Part shown: positions 23,890 through 36,479 of the stretch, one piece after another
How the letters are laid out: each line of letters opens with the position of its first letter
Numbering within the stretch: position 1 is the first letter of the stretch
DNA from: the human T2T-CHM13v2.0 reference genome, Homo sapiens
Direction: 5' to 3' (one strand)
NCBI RefSeq assembly: GCF_009914755.1
Contig: NC_060926.1
Length of the DNA: 64,000 bases
Notes under the pieces: model-generated
The model's database searches: none
Told to the model about the DNA's origin: nothing
What the model saw: the letters and a program-made list of their open reading frames with translations, nothing else
Translations under genes and position numbers: made by a program

Positions 23890-25742
23890 AGACACAATCT
23901 TTCTATTTTCTCTCTTCATCCCTCATACCAGCATATTGAAAAGTACTGCTGGTTTCCTTACCTTCTAAATATCTTGTCAATCTGCCAGTTTCTGTCCACA
24001 GTTTTATCATCTCTTTGCTGGATTGTGCAATCACCTCCTTCTGGGTCTTCCACTTGCAGTCTGGTGCTCTCCAATTCATTTTCCTCTCTGCAGCCAGAGT
24101 GATCTTTCAAAAATGGACACCTGGACAGCTCCTGCCTCTGTTTAAAGTGCTTTAATGGTGTCTCATTGCTTTTCTAATCATAACAAATGACCTGCATATG
24201 GCCTGCAAGCCTTTCGAGCATCTTCTCTAACATGCTCTCTTCCCTGCTGTTTTCCAGGTACTCTGCCTGTTCTACTCTTCCTCAAATGTCCGACGCTGTC
24301 ATGCTTTCTCTGACCACAGGACCTTCACATATGCTGTTCCTCTTACTGGGACGCCCTTCCCACATCCAGCCCTTTTACCTATTAATAGTTAACTCTCACA
24401 CATCCTTCATATTGCCCCGTGATCATCACTTCCCCTAATGAGCAGCTCCCTCCCCAGACTAGGTTAGATTTTCCTACCACCTACCCTTCAAAATGTATGT
24501 TCTCCTCCTGTGTAGACCTTGTGGTAATGCTATTTATGCACTTATTGCATGATTACTGGATTATGGTACCTCTTCCCAGCTGGGCCATTAGGATAACAAG
24601 GTAAGGGACCATCCTAGGCATCACTCCCCACTACTTCCAGCCCTGGCACACTGCCAAGCATTTAGATGTGCCTAATAAGTAGCTTATGGAATGAATGAAT
24701 GATCAATGCTACCCTTCCATCTTCACCACCCCCAAACCTGTTCCCTGTGCAGTCACCTCCAACTCAGCCAACAGCAAATCCATTATGTTTGTTCTCAAGC
24801 CAAAAATCCTGGGGTCATTCCTGACTCCTTTCTTTTTCTCACACTCTGTATCTGGGTCTAGCAGCAAATTCCATCAGCTCTCCCTTTACCACACACCCAG
24901 CATCCGAGTGCTTCTCACCTCCACCACTGCCCATCCTGGTACCACTTGGATCACTGAAGTAGCCTCCTAACTGCTCTCACTTCTCTGCTGTCTCTTCTCA
25001 ACAGAGCATCCAGAGCAACCTTGTTAAAGCGTTAGTCGGTTAATGTCTCTCCCTGCTCACACCCTCTCATAGCTGCCATCTCAGCATAAAAGCCAGGTCC
25101 ATTTCCAGCCTCCTTGCCATCAGACCCCTTCCTGTTACTAGGACACTCTTCCCACACCCACCCCTTTCACCTATTAATAGTTAACTCCCACCTATCCTTC
25201 ATCCTTCATATTGCCCTATGATCATCACTTCCCCTAACCAGCAACCCCCTCCTCAGATCAGGTCAGATTTTCCTACCACATACTCTTCAAAACCCATATT
25301 CATCTGCTATTACTCTCCCCTCACTCACTCCTGTGCTGGCTGCTGATCTCCTCACTGTGCCAGAAACATCCCAGACATGCCCAGCCGCAAGGCCTTTGCA
25401 CGTGCCATTGTATATATCACCCTGGAGCCCTTCCTTGCTTGCCTCCAATCTTTACCTAAAATTCACCTCTCCGCAAGGGTTTCCCCAGTTACTGGTTTAA
25501 AATTCAACCCTACTCCAACAGTTCATTCCCCTTCCTTCGTTATTTTCTTCTTCTTAGTTCTTATCACTTTCTAGTATACCATGTATTTAATTATTTACTT
25601 TGTTTATCAGCTGCCCCCCTGACTAGAATACAAGCTCCATGAGGACAGGGATTTTGTCTTTCTGTTCACTGCTGCATTCTCAGTGCCTAAACTATGACTG
25701 ATACATAGTTGGTGCTCAACAAATGCTTGTTAAATGAATCAC
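23890..25742 (+). mobile_element. Two tandem L2 3' fragments (~23890-24700 and ~24700-25742)
   Basis: cagccagagtgatctttc; tails ending atggaatgaatgaatga and ggtgctcaacaaatgcttgttaaatgaat. Confidence 0.8.
25129..25292 (+). repeat. Direct copy of 24337-24493 (~85% identity) inserted into the second L2
   Basis: Shared cctattaatagttaactc, tgatcatcacttcccctaa and agattttcctaccac; manual alignment. Confidence 0.85.
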
Positions 25743-28622
25743 TGATGGCCATAGCTGAGTCAACCTTGCAAACCAGACAGCTGATGCCAGATACTAAGGA
25801 TCTCTGTTTCCCAGCCTGCCCACTGATTCACCAGGGGTGCCAAGTCTTCCTTAGCTGTATAGAGGTTTTTATTTCACTCCAGATTTGTTCACCTGAGGCC
25901 CATGCAGCCAGGAGGTGATCGGCCACACCCCAGCCAGCTCCCTCCTGCTCCCTGGGACCTGAAGTTCCATTCTGCAACCAGAGAGCAGATTTAAAGCCAG
26001 TCTCCCTGGGGCAAGTGACACTAGCTTACATTGGGGTGCAAATGAGAGGTATCAGGACTTCTCCGACAGCAAGCTTGGTTGGAGGAATGAGAAAAATGGG
26101 CTTGAGTTAATTGGGAAAAGAAGGCAGAACAGGATGAGGGAGTGAGCTCCAGGTAGAAAAGAGGAAAAGTCGGTGCATGGAAGACATGGGCCTCTGAGGC
26201 CATGGTTTTTCTGAGGCCTGGATCAGTCAGTCAGAGCTGTCCTGTGCTATGCTACAAAGTTAGAAAAATGCAGATTAGAAAACATGTCCTGAGGGACAGT
26301 GCCAGGGTCCCTGGAAACTGAAATGAAAGGATGAGTCCAGGTCTGAGAGAGCTGGCAGCTGTGAGTTAACAGTCACCAGTATATCTGGAAATAGAAGGAG
26401 AAGTTGGTAGGCTGGGGGTAAGGGGCTGATATTAAAGGGTGATACCAGCAAGCCTAACACTCAGAAGAGATAGCATCCTGTCCAAGGCTCACCCCTGGGA
26501 GTCAGGTTGCTGAATCAAGCCCAAGCCCCCAAGGCATGTGGCATCCATGCTATCTCCTGGTGTGGAGAGGGGGAACAGGCAGCACAAAGGGCTCAGGGGA
26601 ATGGACCCCTACCTCCGTGATCCTGAGGCAGCCCCAAGACAGCTGGCCAGACAACTCAAGAGGACAAGAGGTGGGACATGTAATTTTCCATTTTTCTCTG
26701 CCCCTAATTCAGGAGGGCCTTTGACACCCTCTGTTTTGTGGAGCCTCAAACTATGCAGCCTGGTCTCTCAGTTTCCTCCCATTCCCTGACGTCTGAGCAG
26801 GAATCCCAGAACACAAAGTTCATTTCTTGAGGCAGTTCAGCCTGTCCTCTTGGTAAAGTAGGGATGCAGGAAGGCCGGGGAATGTTAAAGGCAAGAAGGG
26901 CAAAGAAAGGCACCACATCTGGGCCCATGAAGCCATTTCTGCTTCTGCACGAACTGGGGCTTTAAAAAATTCTTCCGCGATGGTGTGATTTGTAGGGAGC
27001 GCCACCAAAGCTTTCTCACAAAAAGCCCATTCGAACTATAAAGGGAGCACATGCGCCAGGTTGTGAGTTAACAGCCAGAAAAAATCCCATGCCTTAACCT
27101 TTTGTGGAACACACAGGCCAAGGTGAGGCCCAAGTCCCTCCAGGCCCATCTACAGGGGAAGCGGAGAGGGAAACACCTTGGGGAGAAAGGAGGGTGTCCT
27201 CCCACCCAGGTGCCAGGTCAGATTCATGGGAATGAGGGCTGTGTCCAGGGGATAGGTGCGGTTCTGGCACAGCCTTGGTGACCTGGGGGCCCTCTATTGG
27301 CCTCAACTTAAGGAACTGCAAATTGACAGCCCATTTTAGCCAGTAGACATTTTATTTGGTCTGCAAAGCATTTTAAAAAATATGGACATTTCACCTACAT
27401 ATCTGGATGTATATACAAAGCCATATTTATACACATATTACATACTTATAAACATATACACAACACATACATGTAATACTTCATATGTACAATACATACA
27501 TACATGCATGTTTGTGTGTACATATCTCAGAAGCAGCTCCCATGAAACGTAGCTGTTTAAGGGCTCTGTGTATATGCTGGAGTTACAGCTGAAACCACTT
27601 CTTCTTCTGTGCTCCTTGAAGCCCAGGGCCCTGGTTTAGTCACTTCTAGAATCACAGCCCCAGACAAGATGCTGAGCCTCTAGAAAGGGCTCACGTAAGC
27701 AGAGTCATGATTTCTTCACTGCACTCTCTCCCACGGGAGTGGGGACAAACCACTGAAAGCCTAGAATACCCCAATGGGACAGGTCAGTGTCAGGCCGGGG
27801 GTGGGGGGAGTCTGCCAGGGTGACCTAGCCCAGAAGCCAGCAAATTAGCACCGTGATATCACAAGCAATGAGGTACAAACAGACACAGGGCCCAGAGCCG
27901 GCTCCCCAAAGGGAATGGACACGGCAGCCTTGCAAATACAGCTGGCTGGTGTGTATTTGTTGGAGAGGGGTTAGAGCTTTAATTATAGTGTAGACACCTC
28001 ATAATTAGTGTTTGCCAGTTTGCATTTTATCCTTGTTAAACTGTGGTTACCCTTGCCAGAGGAGGAAAGCATGCTTTCCTGTATTTCCTCTGAACTGGTG
28101 TAACCTAGGACTCAGAGACGTGGGCTACAGAGGAATAACAATGATTGCTCAGTGCTCTCTCATCTAAATAATCTTTGTGCATTTGGATTTCACATTTTCT
28201 TTCAAATTGGAGATGCAAGTTAGTCTCCCTGCTAACAAAACACTTTCTTCATCCTACACTGAATCCCTCAGCAAATCCTCAAATATCTTTGCAAATCTCA
28301 AAGATATTAAGGCATTTAACTTTTTTTTCATTTAGACCTTTGAAGTATGCTGTGACTAGAATAATTTCTGAGCTAAAACCTGTCAACTGCATAGAAAATT
28401 AAGGAAACTGCCTGTCACCCTGGTAGCTGGGCTGATAACTAATTACTTATAGATTTTAAGTCAAATTTGAGAAAGATAAATATTTAAATAAAACGTATAA
28501 TCATTTAGAAATACTGCTAAGTGTTTTGTAATTATTGTGTTGAAAGGAATCATTGCTCAGATGGTGCATTTCGTCATCTGTGATAGGCCGGGCAGCAGCC
28601 AGGAAGCAGAAGAGCTGCAGGG

Positions 28623-28707
28623 AGGTGTTGGATTGTTCTTGCATATTTCTCTCTCTCTCTCTCTCTCAGGTGTTGGATTGTTCTTGTACATTTCTCCCTC
28701 TATCTCT

Positions 28708-28738
<31 letters not shown>
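28623..28738. repeat. 45-bp tandem duplication followed by (CT)n(GT)n
   Basis: aggtgttggattgttcttg at 28623 and 28668. Confidence 0.9.
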
Positions 28739-28742
<4 letters not shown>

Positions 28743-29164
28743 GTGTTTTAATAAAGATATTAAAGGGCAATGTAATACTTGGAAACATTGAGCTCTGATG
28801 GGAAGGGCCAAATTTATCAGAGGAGCTTCTAGCTTCATCAATCACATGTCCAGTTCTGCTCTAGGCAGGGGTACCTCACAGAGCACCCCGAAGCCAGAAT
28901 GGCGGCTTTGCTGGGGCTTGGGGAGGAGTATGTCCAGGAGAAGGAAGGAGGTGATGGGAACCCTAGAAGGAGGGTCTAGGACCATTCCCCCCTCCATCAC
29001 CTGCTGGGGAAATCACAAACGCTCTGCCCTACCTTTGTCCCTCTCAGACTCTCTCCTATTTCTCAAGCTTTTCTTCTTCCACTATCTTCATGCTGTCCTC
29101 TCTCCTTTTTTTGCATTTTTTTACTTTTAAGATTTTAAAACTCTTCCCCTAGATTCATTTTCTT

Positions 29165-29752
29165 TGTCTCTGAACCATTTGAAATTAAGTTGCAGACACC
29201 GCGGCGCCTCATCCTTTGGCATGCATCTGGAGATGCAAGGAGAATTAGAATATCCTTTCACAGACCCACCACGCAGCACTCACCTCTAAGAAAATTAACA
29301 TTAGTTCAATATCATTTCCATTTTCCCGGTTGTCCCCCAAAGGATTTTTGTAGCTCCCTGCTCCCCTCCAGCAGGCCAGGACCCAATCAAGGTTTCTCCA
29401 TGACACGTGGCTGTTATGTGACTTCGGTGGCTTTTACTCTAAAACAGCCCTCTCAGTTTTGTTTTTGTCTTTCATGACACCGACATTTGTAAAGATTTCA
29501 GGTCAATTGTCTCATAAAATTTCCTGCGTTCTGGGTTGGTCTGATTGTTTTCTTATGATTAGATTCTTGTCAAGCATTTTTGCCAAGGATATGCTATGGG
29601 TGTTGATGGTGTGCCTTAGTGCTTCCTATCAGAAGACACATCATTTTGGGTCCAACATGCATGATGCTTCATTACTTGTACTTGATTAGAGTAAGGATGC
29701 CCCATCTTGCCATTGTAACCATTCACTTTCTCACTGGGTAATTAACAAATAA

Positions 29753-29791
<39 letters not shown>

Positions 29792-30410
29792 TAATTTTAG
29801 TCCATGTGAATATCTCATTCTTGAATGACCTTTTACAAAATTCTTTATCATATTTGTTTATATTTACCTGAATCAATTATTTTATTGCCAGTCACAAAAT
29901 GGTGATTTTCTACTTTCTTGTTCCTTTCACTTTTATTACCTGACAGTCTCCTGGGAAGAATAAACTTTTCACCCTTTTACCTTCTCATTCTGTCCTTGTC
30001 CCTTCCCTTCCTCTCCCCTTTTCTCTCTTTGTCTTCTATTCTATCTTGTTTTCTCTCTCCTTTCTCACTTTCTCTGTCTCTCATTCTCTCATCACTACAC
30101 ACTCATTATTTTTTCAATGTGTTGATATCCATTATCAACATTATCCTTCCTGACGCTCAGATTGTCACAGATTTGTGCACTGAAGCCTCTTCCAGCTAGT
30201 CCTGTGTCCTTTATACATGACCCAATTAATCTTTTTTTCCTTGTTTTTCAGAAAAAACAGAATGTTCTAGGCAGCCCTTATGCTTTCCAGCCATCTCTCC
30301 ATGTAACCTTTAGAGAAGAATGATATTCTGAAATCAAGATATGGGTACTAGGTGTGTTCATGGATATTAGGAGGTCATTGCTTATTGCTTCCAGGTCCAT
30401 ACATATAGTG
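29165..30410 (-). mobile_element. L1MC4/5-like 3' region, decayed, with (TG)n at ~29757-29790
   Basis: tgaaccatttgaaattaagttgcagacac...aagaaaattaaca...aaatcaagatatgggtactaggtgtgttca. Confidence 0.65.
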
Positions 30411-30420
30411 AGCAGAGTTG

Positions 30421-30460
<40 letters not shown>

Positions 30461-30594
30461 TAAAGATACTAAATTGCCACTTGAAGCATCACACTTATTT
30501 AAAAGTTAAAGTTTTTTGGTGTTGCTCCAGTTCTTATATCTCTCTGGGATTTTTTTTTGTCGGGGGGCAAGAATCTTTATCACTACTATCTAAT

Positions 30595-31225
30595 TTACTA
30601 ATTCAGACATTCATTCAAAAGATAATTATCAAGCATGTCTACCATGGAAGCACCTGAGCTAGGTTCTCATGATTCTATAGGGTTGCCAGTTAAAATACAG
30701 TTAAATTTGAATTTCACATAGCAAATAATTGTATAGTATAAGTATGTCCCAAATAAGTATGTTCCAGGGGACATACTTATACTAAAATCATATTCATTGG
30801 GCTTCCTGTATTTTTATTTGCCAAATCTGACCACCCTAAGATCCAAAGACCAGCAAATCACCACTCCTGTCTCAAAGAGCTCACAACCAGAGGAGACAGA
30901 CAAACTAGATATAAATAGGAGCAACAAAGTGTGTTCAGTGCTGTGCTAAAAATACTTTCAGGGCATGATGGTAGCATGTGGGGTATGGGAGATGGTCCAG
31001 GAAATGCTAAGTTTTAAAAGTAAGTGAATAATTTCCCACCAATGTCTACCCTCTGCTCTCCAATCAACAGGCAGGCCGATGGGAAGGCAGTGCTGTGTGG
31101 CTGACACAGAGGATGCAGGAATAAGGGAGGAAGTGGCAATGTGGCTGGAGAAATAAGCAGGAGGAGGTCATGATAGGGGAGTGGTAAGCCATGGTGAAGA
31201 ATTTAGAATTCACTCTGTAGGCCAA
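30595..31225 (-). mobile_element. L2 fragment interrupted by MER53
   Basis: attcattcaaaagataattatcaagcatgtctac...ctgtctcaaagagctcaca...gaatttagaattcactctgtaggc. Confidence 0.65.
30678..30838. mobile_element. MER53 palindromic hAT MITE
   Basis: Termini tagggttgccag / ctgaccacccta; central arms agtataagtatgtccc / gggacatacttatact. Confidence 0.85.
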
Positions 31226-31480
31226 TGAATTTCAAATATTTTTTGATGCTCACCCCATCACAAAATATCTAACGATATCCCCCAATACATGTATTTATAA
31301 ATGAAGTCCATGTACAGCTCTGCTGAGGTACTATGCATGTTATAAGCATGGACTAAATAGCCCAGAGATAATTGAAGTGAAAACTAGCTATAATTATAAG
31401 TTTCAACATTTTCAACTTTTGCTCTAAAAGATTATCTTGCACATCCTCCGGGCTGATGCAGCCTACCTTGGAGACCCCTG
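31223..31480. mobile_element. hAT-Charlie-type DNA transposon relic
   Basis: AT-rich body ending ttggagacccctg; family not resolved. Confidence 0.4.
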
Positions 31481-31759
31481 TTGTAAGTGTTAGGAAATCT
31501 GGTTCCCAAGGGGAACCAGAATGATTAAAGGAGAACGGAAAAAGAGAAACATGTTCTACTTGACTCATTGATTGTTAACGTCATGTCCCCAAAACAATTT
31601 ATAATTTCACCAGTGGGGCCCTTGGACAGAGGTGGTGGAGGGCCTGGCTCAGGGCCACTAACAGCATCTTCAGGGCCACTCCAGGTGCTATATGTAGGAT
31701 TCGAGGAGAGGCTCATCCAAGCTCTGAGCGTTCCAGGCTTCCCTGGTCTCTTGCCTAGA

Positions 31760-32375
31760 CTCTGGAGAAGTCACCCAATGGGTGTCTCCTGTCTCCATCG
31801 GGCTTGCCACAAGTCTCTAGTACACTGGGTGGCCAGAGTGATCTTTCTAAGGAAATTCAGATCATGCCAGCCTCTCTTCAAAAATTTTCAAATGGTCTCA
31901 TTATATTCAGTGTAGAAATGAAGCTCCATGCCATCAGCCCCTGCCTGATCCTCTGTCCCCAACTACTGCTCTCTTTCTCTCACCCAACCAAACTGGCCTC
32001 TGCCATTCTTCGGACACAAGAGCTTCTTTCACACCTCAGGGCCTGTGCACCTGCTGCCCACTCCCTGGCATGCTAGTCTCCTGACCTGTGAATGTCTGCT
32101 CATTTCAGGCCCCCACAGAGAGGTCACTCTTCATCACCTTCCCTATCCTATCTCCAGTCCCAGACCCACTACCCTTAGCTGCTGTATTTGTCTCCCTTGC
32201 ACTTGACAATATGCAAGATACTTTATATCATTTGTTGTGTGTATTTGTTTGATTTTTCATAGTGGGTCTCTCCTACCAGACTGTAAGCTCCTTGACAGCA
32301 AGGACTCACTGCTGTGTTCACCACAGCATCTCTAGTGTCTGGCACATTGTCGGTGCTCCACGAATACGTATTGGA
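31760..32375 (+). mobile_element. L2 3' fragment
   Basis: ggccagagtgatctttcta...cagactgtaagctccttgacagcaagga...ggcacattgtcggtgctc. Confidence 0.8.
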
Positions 32376-32881
32376 AGGCAGGCAGGAAGGAGGGATGGAG
32401 GGAGCAGAGGAGGGATGGAGGGAGGAGAGGAGGGAGGAAAGGAAGAAAGAAAGGAGTGGGGCTCTTGGGCAGGGGTGGGGGAGGGCCTGACTCAGGCCCA
32501 TTAACGGGATATTCAGGGGCCCAGCTTCAAGAAGGAAAGGTGGGAGGAAGGAGGTGGGGAGGCAAAAAGGAAAGGAAGGGAGGAAGGGAGGGAGGGAGGG
32601 AGGGAGGAAGGAGGGAAGGAAGAAAGGAAGGGAGGAAGAGAGGGAGAGAGGAAGGCTGAGGGAGGGAAGGAAGAAAGGAAGGGAGGAAGAGAGGGAGAGA
32701 GGAAGGCTGAGGGAGGGAAGGAAGAAAGGAAGGGAGGAAGGGAGGGAAGGAGGAAGGAAGGAGGCGAAAGGAAAGGAGGGAAGGAAGAAAGGAAGGGAGG
32801 AGAGAAGGAAAAAAGGGAGGGAGAGAGGGAGGGAGGGAAGAAAGAAGGAAGGAAGGAAGGAAGGAAGGAAGGAAGGAAAGG
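32376..32881. repeat. ~500-bp polypurine (GGAA/GGGA)n tract containing a copied 64-bp segment (32455-32518)
   Basis: Directly visible; internal tandem unit agaaaggaagggaggaagagagggagagaggaaggctgagggagggaagga x2. Confidence 0.95.
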
Positions 32882-33244
32882 TCTTTTTTCAGCCAGATGT
32901 GAGGTCAATCACTGCACCCCCAGTAAATAATCAGTAAGTGCCTTGAGTGCATAGTGCCCAGGGGAATCTGATGTGCTCCTGTACAGTCTAGCTGGGGAGA
33001 TGCAGCAAGTTCTGACTGAGGAGTCTGGGCTTTGGGCTTTTTTCCCCACTGGTGGCTTCTCCTCTACTCACTGCCACCCCCAAGGTGCCTCTGCACTGTG
33101 ACCTCTGACCCCTGGAAAAGAGCATCTCCCTGTCCTCCATAAAAACTTCCCAGACATGAAGGCTGTGCTGCTTTTCCTCCAACTGGAAAAGCAGTGAGCA
33201 TGGAAGGAGGGAGATTGATAGCTTGGAGGGGACCAGCCTTTGTC

Positions 33245-33480
33245 TAGTCTGGGGCTTGACTCCAGGTAGGATCCTCACTTTGGGAAATACTGCCATTTTT
33301 GTCTGGATTCCCAATTGGAGGAGTTTGTAACTCAGGCATGCTTGGACATGTTTCTTAATCTCTCTGAGCCTTGGTTTCCCCTCTGGAAAATGAAGCTGGA
33401 GATGCCTGCTGTGAAGATGCTTGTAAGGAGTGATGTGGGGCCCACAGGAAGTAGTTAGTGCAGTGCCGGGCACCGGGAAA
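33245..33480 (+). mobile_element. MIR
   Basis: cttaatctctctgagccttggtttcccctctggaaaatgaag...agtgcagtgccgggcac. Confidence 0.7.
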
Positions 33481-33529
33481 AGAGAGGTTCAATGGACATC
33501 CACTATTCTATTATTGTTGTGGGTGGCAT

Positions 33530-33810
33530 TACTTTTTAACGGAGAGAGTATGCACATATGATAAAGGGCATCAATCTCAGGCGTATGATTTGGTGGGTTC
33601 CTACTTGTGTGTGCACCACCCACATCATGGTGTAGATCACTGCCACACTCACACACCGAGAGGTAACCCCGAGCCTGACCTCCAGCACCTTGGATGAGTT
33701 TTGCCTCTTCCTGACTTCGTGTTGGTGGAATCCCACAGTATGTGTTCTTTTGTGCCTGGCTTCTTTGGCTCAGCACTAGGTCTGTGCAATTCATCCAGGC
33801 TGTGCAGGCT
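33530..33810 (-). mobile_element. L1ME/MD-like 3' fragment
   Basis: ggaatcccacagtatgtgttcttttgtgcctggcttctttggctcagcac...ttcatccaggctgt. Confidence 0.6.
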
Positions 33811-35129
33811 GTTATTCCTGGTCCTCTGCCCTTCCCTGCCCCACTGTTCTGCACCCCCGCCCTAACTTGGAGTGTCCATATGAGTGCCTGGCCCTCCAGA
33901 AGGAGGAGTCCAGATTCTCTACCTTGACTCCAGTTTTACATTTACTTTCCTAAAGTCCCTCTGGCAATTTTAAAGCAGTTCCTGAGGCATCATTTTATAT
34001 TTTCTTACAACTACTTAAAGTATGTCTTTTAAACTAAAGGCAGTATCGTATCTTTTATGCAGCAAGCAGAGTCACAGATGAAACAATTAACAAATAACTG
34101 CAGAAGGGCATAATTAAGCCCTCCATGGCGGGGTCCTGGGAGCCCTGGGTTCGGATGGAAGGGAACATAGTGTGGCAGCAAGGAATAGCCTCTGAGCTCA
34201 GGTGAGTCTGACAGCTTGATGTGGCCCAGAGAGGCAAGGGAGGGCGTGGAGGGGATGGGTGGCGTGGGCAAGAGGAAGACAAGAATTAATGAGAAATAGA
34301 AAATAATTTAGCAGGACAGCAAACCCCTAGAGACGAATTCCTTCTCCAAACATCTCATTTGTCCAAAGGAAATGAGGAAGGTCTATGGCAGAAAGGCCGG
34401 CCTCAAGAATTTCATTTCCCTGGTGCTATTCAGGTTCCCAATGTGATCGATAAAAGTACAATTAGCGTACCAGATCGCATCAGATGTTTTTAACCTTTAG
34501 ATGATGGCAACATGCATACTAAGGCTCTATATCCTCTCTGCCACCTCTCACATGGGCAGGATAGGTCATCGCAACATTTGACATTTGATGTTATGATTTT
34601 AACATACCTTTAAAAATTCAGATAAAGATTATTTCCATTTTTTAAAAGTTGGGAGCCAGATGTAATTGCCATGCTCTGGACTTCAGATCTAAATCATTCT
34701 GCCAAGTCATCCTGTAGTTATTAAGGACTTTATCATTGGGATGTGTATTGCATACACCGGAGGTTAGAATGCTCCAGAGAATGGGAAGTAAACTTTTGAA
34801 TTCTCTTAGATGAGGAATGGCTTTTAATATAGAAACCGTAAACTCTTAGTTTAGTAAATTGTTCAATCAACAAATTAATCAATTAACAAATCTGTTTCAG
34901 TACCTACTGTATGTCCAGAACATCAATTCCTTGCATCAAACAGTTTTAGAGCTAAATGGGAGGACACAAAAAACAGGCTTGGAGCTCTTTGTAATTTGGT
35001 GCCTGAAGCAGAGTTATACAGTGGTGCTCAATAAATGTTTGATAAATAAAGTGGAAAATACAAAGTGGCACCAGGCCAACAGGGCTAATGCAGCACATGA
35101 TTTTGGCATCCTGAACCACTTCCCCTCAG

Positions 35130-35543
35130 TGCCCCTCTGGTTTCAGCAGCAGCAGGGACAGGTCCCAGGCAGCCCAGACTCATGCAGACAATGCATCGCT
35201 TGCAGCACAAGCAGCTCTCTCCCTTTCCCAGCCTCAGGGCCTGCCCTGAAGGAGAGTCCATTCAGCCTGCCAGCCCATGTGGCAGGGAGCATATGGATTA
35301 AAGTCCCGGTTTCCAGCATGGAATAGACAATTCTGAGGGGCACTTTGTACAGTTCTCAGAGGTCCCAGTGGACCCTGCTCCTGCTGCCTCAATAGCTCTC
35401 CTTCATGTTGCCTTTTCCTCCATCCCCATCTCCCACTTGCCCAACTCCTTGATTCCTGTTTCCTCTGGGATCACTTCTCCAAGACATTTCCTGCACTTAA
35501 GTTTTTTCTTAGGCTTTAGTTTCAGGGCAACCCAATCTAGACA
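35130..35543 (+). mobile_element. LTR16-like (ERVL) LTR
   Basis: gacaattctgaggggc...tctgggatcacttctcc...cctgcacttaag...gggcaacccaatctagaca. Confidence 0.7.
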
Positions 35544-36479
35544 CCTGCAGAAGCTCATTTCCATCAAGCACTCGATAAGGCCACCCCCATTCCTTTAGAG
35601 ACTTAGGTTGCGCTCCATGATGCACTGCAAAGCACAGCCTCTGCACGCTGCGGCCCTCTGAGTAGGGGGTCGCAGAGCCTGGGACAGTCAGGCATGTTCA
35701 TGGAGGGAAAGGCGGCTGAGCCTGAACATGTGGGAAGGATGAGGCAGGAGGGATGAGAGTCATTTCAAGAGAGAAGACAGAGAGGTAGGAGTGAGTATAC
35801 CAGTGCATGGGACAGTGAGGAGCTCACACAGGCTTCAGTGGAGGCCAAGTGTTATCCACAGGGAAGGGTGAGATGAGACAGAAGCAGAGAACTGCCTGCC
35901 CTTGGAGAGCTCAGTCGGGGCTCCATCCCCACATTCACAGCTGACCCAGTCACCCAGAAGAAGAGACACACAGGCACACACGAGCAAACACACACACTTA
36001 ATACATACCTATGTGAGATGCACCCAGATTGTATGTGGATGCACAGACAGGTGCCAGAAGAAGTTTGCTGTAGTACAGAAGGGCGAATTACAGAGTCTTC
36101 AGGCAATAAGAAGCCTTGGCGAAGGGTTGGCCAGCACACAGCCTGAGCATCATCACTCCTTACGCCTGCTCTCACAGGCATTCTTCAGTGATTTGCTGAC
36201 CCCGGAAGTGGCCTTCCCATGCTTTCTCATCACCACGCCCTAGACAGCCACTGCCAATCAGCTAGGGTTACTTCTCGGATCAAGTTCAGTCTCCACTCAG
36301 GGCAGTGGTGCATGTCTCCCACATGTGAACAGGAAGCCTCTCTTTAAGTGTTTCCCGGGATTAGGACGCCCTTCTCTGACAGACTGTGCTGTCAGTGAGC
36401 AACACTCATTTTAGAAAGGGCTCTGCACCCCGAGTAGGTCTAGTCATTCCTCCATATGAAGCTATTTAGACATTTGAGA

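Noticed and set aside
26985-27006. Possible CTCF site gatttgtagggagcgccacc
   Set aside because: Only the 3' half resembles the consensus; the 5' CC-C core is missing.
32513-32937. 127-131 aa ORFs rich in G/R/E/K or P/S/F/L
   Set aside because: Translations of the polypurine microsatellite; the same applies to 18064-18498 and 18132-18440.
32988-33473. 161-aa minus-strand ORF
   Set aside because: Half derives from a MIR (LHFPEGKPRLRE); no recognisable domain or splice structure.
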